From a phage, in the sequence record NC_104726.1: a stretch of 64,000 nt of DNA. One strand, 5' to 3'. The notes below the pieces were generated by a model. The model did no database searches. It was not told the origin of the DNA and was given only the letters and a program-made list of their open reading frames with translations. The position numbers and the translations under genes were made by a program. Shown in pieces: positions 57,901-64,000 of the stretch. Numbering within the stretch: the stretch's first letter is position 1; every line of letters begins with the position of its first letter.

Positions 57901-57918
57901 GCCCTCGTGTTAGAGGGC
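57901..57918 (-). terminator. hairpin GCCCTC-GTGTTA-GAGGGC between terminase and portal genes
   Basis: Minus strand reads the hairpin followed by TATTTTGTTATACTGTTTTG. Confidence 0.35.
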
Positions 57919-57969
57919 TAGTATCTCCGATTACTCTATTCTACCACATCTAATTAAGATTGGCAACAC

Positions 57970-58774
57970 TTAGATAAAACGCTTGAACATAGAAGGTGAT
58001 GAGATTGATGGAATCACACAAGGAAGTGCTACCTCCTCTTTCTCCAGGAAATTAATCGCAGAAGCTACACAGTCTGCCCAGTCGTCTTTTCTGTTAAATG
58101 TTGATCTTTCCCCGTTGAATTTTTCAAGTTCAGTCAGAAATGCTTCCAGAGTATCAGGATGGAAACTGGATTTTACAATTCTCACCATTCCTTGTTGGGC
58201 AAGATTGGCAAAAGGTGAGAACCTTGTCAGTTTAGATTTGTTGGAAGGCATTGGGTCTTCTTCAACCCTAAACCCTTCGGCGAGCAGGGATCTGGAGGAG
58301 GTTAAGAACTCACTCTTACCTGCCTGCCCTGGGTCCACAGAGAAGACGATTATGCAATCATCACCATCGAACTGCGCCTGTTTCCTGATGATCACATCTC
58401 GTTCACCAGCCTTTTTACAGAACTTGCCTTCCAATCCTGTGGAATACCTCCCGTCATCCACGTTCTCAGGACAATAATCACCTGACAGGTAATAAAAGCC
58501 GTCGCTATCTTTACTTACCTTAATACTGGCAGTAAAGTCAGGAAATTTATTACCGGAAGTTCTCTCGGTTCCTGCCTTATCCCATGCCCTGCAAGATACT
58601 GATCCAAGGGGTACTCTATCGGCATCACGAAGGAAAGATCTTTGAAAATAGTTTGCACCCTCAGGCTTTGCAAACCAGTTACCATGGAGAAGCTGAGCTT
58701 TTTCCAGCTCTGGTAGACCTTCGAGGAAAGCAAGGTATTCTGGGTTGTCTCTCAAACAGACAGGATTATCGAAT
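57970..58774 (-). CDS. terL: terminase large subunit, exon 3 (nuclease domain)
   Basis: AQLLHGNWFAKPEGANYF and KDDWADCVASAINF are terminase nuclease-domain motifs; in-frame TAA at 58777-58779 bounds the 5' side; no ATG at the ORF start. Confidence 0.7.
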
Positions 58775-59753
58775 CCTTATATTCAAAGGTGGTCGCAACA
58801 CCACCCTCCGCACCATTACGTGCCGCTGCATGTTACCATGCAGAGTAGACTATATCACCACCCATCTCAGGGTGCTTCGCTTTTCGAGCGCCATAGGCTT
58901 GCGCCCTACTCCCTCTCGGGATAGTCGTTGAACTACATTACCAATCGTAATTGTTTGAAATATAGGTGTAAGTCTTACGGTCTTTTATTCCTTTAACAAC
59001 ACTAAAACTTACGCCCCACTTCTTAGCTATTTTATTTACACACAAAACCCTATCACTAAGATCCTCGCAGATACCTATTATCTTGTGCTCACTTATCCTA
59101 TTAGAGGTTGGCACTTTTCTAAAGTTAAACTCTTTAGAAATATCTGGGTATACTGAGCCATTCTTTATACCACTTACAAGTGGTTGATTGACACCAAACA
59201 TTTCACAAATGTCTTTTACCCTTGCACCTTGCTCTAACAGTCTACATATTTCAAGAGCAGTGGCATCATCTAGGGACCTGTATTTATTGACATAGTCCTT
59301 TTTAAGTCCCATTTCATGAGCATGATGTGTGTTTTCCTCAGGTGTTGTCCACTCAAGGTTCCATGCGGCGTTATTCAACTTATTGCCATCAAGGTGATTT
59401 ACTTGAGTTTTCACGCTGGGATTATCATTATCAACAAAAGTCATAGCAATCACTCTGTGAACGAGCACTTGGAACTTTTTACCGTCCTCGCACAAAGTTA
59501 CCATAGCATAGCCAGTCTTTTTCTGCACATTAGGATGGAGGAATTTATTAGAATACAGACTGTAAATTCTGCCATCGTATGTAGCACAATAATGATTGTA
59601 GCCTAAAAAGCCTAAATTTTTCATTTCAAACATCTCCCTACTACAGGTTCGGAAGGGTAATTATAGCTGCTGATTGTCCGTTTAGCAATCGGATTTTCCA
59701 GCAATTAACGAAGTTATTCGACGTGCATTTCTGCACGAAGCCACTATCATTTA
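58775..59753 (-). mobile_element. group I-like intron 2 in terL (979 nt), carrying an HNH endonuclease ORF
   Basis: Begins UAAAUGAUAGUGG after exon-terminal U, ends ...UAUAAGG; core-like blocks GTTCAACGACTA (58920-58933) and AGATATAGTCTACTCTG (58841-58856) on the minus strand; boundaries inferred from frame restoration. Confidence 0.55.
58938..59633 (-). CDS. HNH homing endonuclease (intron-encoded), 231 aa
   Basis: Motif VNHLDGNKLNNAAWNLEWTTPEENTHHA; C-terminal helix-turn-helix-like repeats; ATG 59631-59633. Confidence 0.75.
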   Translation of the reverse strand: MFEMKNLGFLGYNHYCATYDGRIYSLYSNKFLHPNVQKKTGYAMVTLCEDGKKFQVLVHRVIAMTFVDNDNPSVKTQVNHLDGNKLNNAAWNLEWTTPEENTHHAHEMGLKKDYVNKYRSLDDATALEICRLLEQGARVKDICEMFGVNQPLVSGIKNGSVYPDISKEFNFRKVPTSNRISEHKIIGICEDLSDRVLCVNKIAKKWGVSFSVVKGIKDRKTYTYISNNYDW

Positions 59754-60073
59754 ATGGTTGCGCCTATGAACGAGAATGACAACGGTCTTGGCTTGATCTC
59801 TACGCCAAGTCCGTTAACCGTGGTGTATTTCTCTATCAACTCTTCTTTAGAATCTCCCCATATAAATTCACCGTCGCGTCGGATAAAATATCTTTTCTTA
59901 CCGCATTTCTCCGGATCTGGATACCCTTCATCGTCCAACCACCATCTAACCAGTTTGGCAAGCATGTGTTCTGAATCTGGGTTACAGCTGATAACCATTC
60001 TTGATGGATACTTTGACTGAGATCGCAGACGAGACATCAGATAGTCTATCTGCTCCCATTCGAATTGTGTCGT
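59754..60073 (-). CDS. terL: terminase large subunit, exon 2
   Basis: Encodes ...EWEQIDYLMSRLRSQSKYPSRMVISCNPDSEH...FIGAT; bounded by in-frame TAG (60074-60076) upstream and TGA (59747-59749) downstream. Confidence 0.6.
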
Positions 60074-60390
60074 CTATGTTCGGGCAAGGTCGCTAGTCTT
60101 GCCCCGCCATTTTTCAGGCAGCTGCATGTCTCCATGCAGACCAGACTATATCTTATAAGCGACAACAACCGCTTACCCTCCCGTTTCGAATCGCTTGATT
60201 CTACGTCTTTCGACTAGTCGTTGAACGTTCATCCTCTCGGATGCTTCGCTGCGGATTATCTAAATTAACACACTGTTACCATACCTTCGATCTCTCTTCG
60301 AAGCCTCTATCATGTTACCATGACAGGTTGGTGGTGTCAATAATAAAGATTTCCCCGCAATTAGGGAGGTTTTACGAGAGCTACAAATTA
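60074..60390 (-). mobile_element. group I-like intron 1 in terL (317 nt), no ORF
   Basis: Starts UAAUUUGUAGCUCUC right after the Walker B codons, ends ...ACAUAG; contains AATTGCGGGGAAA, AATCCGCAGC, GTTCAACGACTAGTC and AAGATATAGTCTGG blocks on the minus strand. Confidence 0.6.
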
Positions 60391-60816
60391 ACCCTCATCG
60401 AAGCAAACCATGGTGTACTCAAGCCCTTGATGGTTAAGCTTATCTTGTACATACTCCATGTGGCAGTATTTTACAACAGCTCCCTTTTTGCTTCTATCCC
60501 ACTTACCAGTGTTAGGATCAAACCGTGGAAAAATGAACTTATGATCCTTCTCTCTGAACTTTGGCTTAATGTTTTCAGGCAGATCACTATAAATAGCTAC
60601 TGCTTTAGGCCATAGTCCACCCTCACCCTCCAACTGTGGAGTTGTTCTTCGGAACATAACCACAGAGCTGTGGGGGTCATCAATAATTTTAAGCGGCATC
60701 AACTGCAAAAGGAACGACTTGCCAGACCCTGCGGCACCGCCGATTACCAAAATATCTGCATCGTTTTCGAGGATCATCTTCTGCTTTTCAGAACACGGTC
60801 CGTAAATCTTAGACAT
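60391..60816 (-). CDS. terL: terminase large subunit, exon 1 (ATPase Walker A/B)
   Basis: Walker A GGAAGSGKS, Walker B MVCFDEG; ATG 60814-60816 with AAAGGAGAGAGG upstream. Confidence 0.75.
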
Positions 60817-61103
60817 TAACCTCTCTCCTTTGGAAACAGTGTTCTAATATAGTCTTGCAAAATGATCAATTTAGCTCTATCATTGCTACAAGACAGATTA
60901 TTATCCCTCATAATGCCAGAATTCACCGCATCTGGCGCACCTTTCTTTAAAGGTATAGCTTTAGCAGGTGGTTTCATGGCACCTTCCGGGGGTTTAACAA
61001 TCAACCTTCCTACATCTGGAGGGTCAATCTTGTATTCTTTCTCAACACTGGTTGCACACCCACATAATAACAAGCACGCAATAAACAGTGTAGCAACTCT
61101 CAT
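60816..61103 (-). CDS. o-spanin (outer-membrane lipoprotein, Rz1-like)
   Basis: Signal/lipobox-like FIACLLLCGC, Pro-rich DPPDV...KPPEG...KPPAKAIP, C-terminal PKERG resembling the lambda Rz1 C-terminus; start overlaps the i-spanin stop. Confidence 0.6.
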   Translation of the reverse strand: MRVATLFIACLLLCGCATSVEKEYKIDPPDVGRLIVKPPEGAMKPPAKAIPLKKGAPDAVNSGIMRDNNLSCSNDRAKLIILQDYIRTLFPKERG

Positions 61104-61498
61104 CGATCCTCCTGATTGATACTCTCATTATAAATATCTATAAGCTGATCAGGGAGTGTTGACTTCTTACCTTCAGGTGATTGGAGGTAGATAATCTGCT
61201 TTTCTTTACCTGCCTTCTCAGCCATGTTTAATTTATCCTGTAGGTCAGAAAGAGATTTTTCAAGGTTTTTAACCTCCTCTGCGTGGCCCATTTTAATTTT
61301 GTCGGCCTGCTTTTGTTGCTGATCAAGGATCCGTTCCCACTTTAACTCTGTTGCTGACACACCCTCTTGGTAGGCATCATTAAGCTTAGAGTTAAACCAA
61401 TACACGGCCCCAAGATAAGCTGTACCTATAGCCGCTGCAAAAACTAAACCTTTTATGATCCCTCTATACCTACTCAGCCATGTTAAACCTGAAATCAT
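61100..61498 (-). CDS. i-spanin (inner-membrane spanin, Rz-like)
   Basis: N-terminal hydrophobic helix then charged coiled-coil periplasmic domain; paired with the downstream lipoprotein gene. Confidence 0.6.
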   Translation of the reverse strand: MISGLTWLSRYRGIIKGLVFAAAIGTAYLGAVYWFNSKLNDAYQEGVSATELKWERILDQQQKQADKIKMGHAEEVKNLEKSLSDLQDKLNMAEKAGKEKQIIYLQSPEGKKSTLPDQLIDIYNESINQEDR

Positions 61499-61522
61499 TT
61501 TAAGGCTCCAGAAACGAAAAAA

Positions 61523-61551
61523 CCCCGCAGCTATACAGCTAACGGGGCGGG
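61523..61551 (-). terminator. GC-rich hairpin with T-run on minus strand
   Basis: CCCGC...GCGGG stem enclosing an AGCT-palindromic loop; minus strand continues TTTTCGTTTCTGG. Confidence 0.4.
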
Positions 61552-61603
61552 TTAAAATTGAGTAACCTAAATAGATCGAAACTAACTAAAAGGAGACTAA
61601 TAC

Positions 61604-61873
61604 TTATCGAGGCACTCGGTGGATGATTCTAACAGTAACTGCATTTTCATTCATCAAGTATGCATCTACATCTCTGTAAATATAAAACTTCTGCTCACTA
61701 TCAACAACACAAGCTACTGCCCCTTCAGAGTTGTCTTCAAAAAAGACCACCACTGCATCGCAGCTGAGTTCATGATATGACTCTCGAAGATTTACAGCCA
61801 GAGGATTGAAATCGTCACGAAAATCTACGGTATGGGTTGGATTTACACGCTCTACAATTTTAAGTGTATACAT
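61604..61873 (-). CDS. hypothetical protein (~89 aa)
   Basis: ATG 61871-61873 with AGGAA upstream; the longer track ORF (to 61963) would overlap tRNA-Pro. Confidence 0.4.
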   Translation of the reverse strand: MYTLKIVERVNPTHTVDFRDDFNPLAVNLRESYHELSCDAVVVFFEDNSEGAVACVVDSEQKFYIYRDVDAYLMNENAVTVRIIHRVPR

Positions 61874-61919
61874 TTTAAAGGTTCCTTTTGTTTGTATATG
61901 TTTAAAGTATAACTGAAAG

Positions 61920-61996
61920 TGGTCTCCACGGAGTGATTCGAACACTCGACCTCCTGATCCCAAATCAGGCGCTCTACCAAGCTGAGCTACGCGGAG
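61920..61996 (-). tRNA. tRNA-Pro (anticodon TGG)
   Basis: Manual cloverleaf: acceptor CTCCGCG/CGTGGAG, anticodon loop TTTGGGA, T-loop TTCGAAT, encoded CCA. Confidence 0.75.
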
Positions 61997-62007
61997 TATT
62001 TACTATT

Positions 62008-62082
62008 TGGTGGCCCTGGGTGGAATTGAACCACCGTCTGGCGATTATGAGTCGCTTGCTTGAACCTTCCAGCTACAGGGCC
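62008..62082 (-). tRNA. tRNA-Met or Ile2 (anticodon CAT)
   Basis: Acceptor GGCCCTG/CAGGGCC, anticodon loop CTCATAA, T-arm GGTGG-TTCAATT-CCACC, CCA. Confidence 0.7.
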
Positions 62083-62083
62083 T

Positions 62084-62159
62084 TGGTGCTGATGGCAGGA
62101 CTTTAACCTACAACCTATTGATTACAAATCAATTGCACTACCGATTTTGCTACATCAGC
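62084..62159 (-). tRNA. tRNA-Thr (anticodon TGT), non-canonical T-loop
   Basis: Acceptor GCTGATG/CATCAGC, anticodon loop TTTGTAA, T-loop TTAAAGT (A where C56 is expected), CCA. Confidence 0.6.
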
Positions 62160-62164
62160 AAAAA

Positions 62165-62263
62165 GGTGCTAGGTGATGGAATCGAACCACCTATGTATTC
62201 AACGACTACCTCGTCTATTTTCAGGATTAAAAATCCTCGCCCTTGCCAAAGGGCTTACCTAGC
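62165..62263 (-). tRNA. atypical 99-nt tRNA-like gene (anticodon ambiguous)
   Basis: Perfect 7-bp acceptor GCTAGGT/ACCTAGC, D-stem GCCC/GGGC, T-arm GGTGG-TTCGATT-CCATC, but 47 nt between D and T arms and no encoded CCA. Confidence 0.4.
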
Positions 62264-62361
62264 TCAGTATGTTGACCATGTTGCTAGTCGGCGATGACGA
62301 CTGTAACATTTGATAATCCGGTTCTGCTTCCGACTTTCGCTTAATTACAAGGTCAACAATG

Positions 62362-62452
62362 TGGCGGAGAGTAATGGAATCGAACCATCATCGAGTCATC
62401 CTCAACGGGACGGTTTTCAAGACCGCTTGAGCACCATTGCTCCCTACCCTCC
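62362..62452 (-). tRNA. tRNA-Ser (anticodon TGA), long variable arm
   Basis: Acceptor GGAGGGT/ACTCTCC, anticodon loop CTTGAAA, T-loop TTCGATT, CCA. Confidence 0.7.
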
Positions 62453-62566
62453 TTTATAAATAATACTGATAATGACACTGATTTTCGAGCAGTTAGTGAC
62501 TAGTATAAACGACGATAAATATCAATGCCATTATCTGTATTATTTATGCATCTAAAAATATAAATT

Positions 62567-62653
62567 TGGTGGGGAGTGGTGGAGTCGAACCACCCGAGTC
62601 GCAATGACAATAGATTTACAGTCTACACCGCTACCTCTACGGGATAACTCCCC
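62567..62653 (-). tRNA. tRNA-Tyr (anticodon GTA), long variable arm
   Basis: Acceptor GGGGAGT/ACTCCCC, anticodon loop CTGTAAA, T-loop TTCGACT, CCA. Confidence 0.75.
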
Positions 62654-62657
62654 AATT

Positions 62658-62732
62658 TGGCACCCCGTACTGGACTCGAACCAGTGTCAACGGCTTAGAA
62701 GGCCGCTGCTTTATCCACTAAGCTAACAGGGC
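62658..62732 (-). tRNA. tRNA-Arg (anticodon TCT)
   Basis: Acceptor GCCCTGT/ACGGGGT (two G-U pairs), anticodon loop CTTCTAA, T-loop TTCGAGT, CCA. Confidence 0.7.
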
Positions 62733-62790
62733 ACTGGGTGGCTTTCTTTTACACCTTAGCCGCCAGAAAAGGTGGGAGACCATGTTTACA

Positions 62791-62819
62791 ATATTACACT
62801 GTTAAGCAAAGTTTGTCAA
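62791..62819 (-). promoter_or_regulatory. near-consensus sigma70-like promoter (TTGACA-N17-TAATAT) upstream of the tRNA cluster
   Basis: Minus-strand -35 at 62814-62819, -10 at 62791-62796, AT-rich upstream tract; about 60 nt upstream of tRNA-Arg. Confidence 0.55.
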
Positions 62820-62828
62820 GAAAATATT

Positions 62829-63167
62829 TTAACTATTGCCAACAGGCTGTATTTCTGTGGTGAATGGCATAAAAGGTGCTGGTTTTTCAGCCTCTTCTAC
62901 TACCACCTCTTCCTCTTCACCAAACATCTCATCATATTCTTCCTGCATTCGGTCTGCCTTATCAAGAACATACTCTGCAATGCTTTGACGAATATTTTGT
63001 TTGGTTTTCGGGTCCAACATCAGCTCTCTTAAAACTTTGTGAGCTTCTGGAACCATCGCTATAAAAGATTCCTTCATATCAAGGATGTTCTTCTCTAGCT
63101 GAATGGCGTTGGACTCCTCTTTCAGAGGTCTGCCTCTACGGCGACGCTTTTTAGTTGTATCCGCCAT
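62829..63167 (-). CDS. small basic-N/acidic-C protein, possibly DNA-binding (~112 aa)
   Basis: ATG 63165-63167 with GGAGGAAA upstream; N-terminus MADTTKKRRRRGRP; track start at 63287 lacks a ribosome-binding site. Confidence 0.45.
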   Translation of the reverse strand: MADTTKKRRRRGRPLKEESNAIQLEKNILDMKESFIAMVPEAHKVLRELMLDPKTKQNIRQSIAEYVLDKADRMQEEYDEMFGEEEEVVVEEAEKPAPFMPFTTEIQPVGNS

Positions 63168-63195
63168 GTTTCCTCCATTATCACGTGATAGGTGG

Positions 63196-63224
63196 ATTTT
63201 ATCATAGCAAATACTGATTGTCAA
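63196..63224 (-). promoter_or_regulatory. near-consensus sigma70-like promoter (TTGACA-N17-TAAAAT)
   Basis: Minus-strand -35 at 63219-63224, -10 at 63196-63201, about 30 nt upstream of ATG 63167. Confidence 0.5.
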
Positions 63225-63511
63225 GTTCGCCGCAGGGTGGTATTCCCTGCGACTTGTCCAGCGTCCTGGACCAGCAAGACCCAACAAGTGGGTTACCAGA
63301 GCCCATTACCGCACTTTGGCTCGACCTTATTACAGGTTGGCTGGGGTCACATCGTCATGTGCTGGCTGCCCCTACCATTTTAAGTGTGGTACACTATCAA
63401 GCCCTCTAAGGGGAACTCAGCCTTCTCCGAACCCTGTTTCAAAGCATCCGGAGATAAAGCCATCAAATTCATCTTTAAATTGGATATTCATCATGATACA
63501 CGAAAACAACC

Positions 63512-63754
63512 TCATTGTAAAGCACAAATAAATAAAACATACTTAATTTGTTTGTTATCAGGCTCAGGGTAGAAGTAGAAGATCTTGCTATCACCGATCT
63601 GAACACCACCATCCCAACAGCATAGCCCATAACCCGTATTCATACAAGCTAAGTCGTTGGCAAAATCTATTGCATCATCCAGTGCACGAAATTCACCTTC
63701 ATCTTCTAAATAATCCTCATTCATGGAACGAAAAACGAGCTTAACCTTAAACAT
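63512..63754 (-). CDS. hypothetical protein (80 aa)
   Basis: ATG 63752-63754; acidic, Cys-containing. Confidence 0.4.
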   Translation of the reverse strand: MFKVKLVFRSMNEDYLEDEGEFRALDDAIDFANDLACMNTGYGLCCWDGGVQIGDSKIFYFYPEPDNKQIKYVLFICALQ

Positions 63755-63830
63755 AGCATTACCTGTAGACCTCGTAAGTTAAAATTGCATCACATCATAT
63801 TGCAGATCTTATCAGGTAACACTATTTTTG

Positions 63831-64000
63831 TCAACAGATTCCGGCCTTATACTTCCTGTCTGCGTATTCTTTAATCGCAACCTCATCTGCATTAGTGACC
63901 AGGTCTTCAAAGTAACCCTCAAGCTCCTCGTCAATGTCAGGAGACCAGCTCTTTTTCCTGTCAGTGTGAATTGCAGACTTGTTGAACTTATTACAGTTCT
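63831..64000 (-). CDS. partial CDS, 3' end only (continues beyond window)
   Basis: Open frame from the window edge to TGA at 63831-63833 encoding ...KSWSPDIDEELEGYFEDLVTNADEVAIKEYADRKYKAGIC. Confidence 0.3.
   Translation of the reverse strand, partial: NCNKFNKSAIHTDRKKSWSPDIDEELEGYFEDLVTNADEVAIKEYADRKYKAGIC

Noticed and set aside
59316-59606. 96-aa plus-strand ORF inside the HNH endonuclease gene
   Set aside because: Antisense to a well-supported HNH ORF; no start context.
60241-60615. 124-aa plus-strand ORF overlapping terL intron 1 and exon 1
   Set aside because: Antisense to the terminase exon and intron; no ribosome-binding site; low-complexity translation. Better explained as non-coding intron sequence.
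61874-61963. N-terminal extension of ORF 61604-61963
   Set aside because: The extension overlaps the 3' part of tRNA-Pro (61920-61996); the ATG at 61871-61873 has a good ribosome-binding site.
61920-62760. CRISPR array or integration site near the tRNAs
   Set aside because: No regularly spaced direct repeats anywhere in the window, and no integrase or recombinase gene next to the tRNAs; the tRNAs look like a phage-encoded cluster.
63168-63287. N-terminal extension of ORF 62829-63287
   Set aside because: The extension covers the promoter at 63196-63224 and has no ribosome-binding site; the ATG at 63165-63167 with GGAGGAAA is preferred.

Overview
This 64-kb window reads as part of a large tailed dsDNA phage genome with contractile-tail gene content and no integrase or repressor seen. 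Layout: (i) 1-6.6 kb, minus-strand auxiliary genes (GHKL-type ATPase protein, secreted SleB-like cell-wall hydrolase, MoxR-like AAA+ ATPase, small hypotheticals); (ii) 6.7-13.6 kb, plus-strand small genes diverging from a back-to-back promoter region, including a VWA/HExxH protein and a HAD-like hydrolase; (iii) 13.7-61.5 kb, one long minus-strand late region running from a spanin pair and terminase through portal, head, neck, sheath/tube, chaperone (with -1 frameshift) and tape measure to a P2/Mu-like baseplate, a lambda-J-like tip module and at least eight fibre/spike-type proteins; (iv) 61.9-62.7 kb, seven minus-strand tRNA genes behind a near-consensus promoter. The main finding is that the terminase large subunit gene appears split into three exons by two related group I-like introns, one carrying an HNH homing endonuclease. 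All calls come from reading the sequence and ORF translations by eye; no database search or folding was run.
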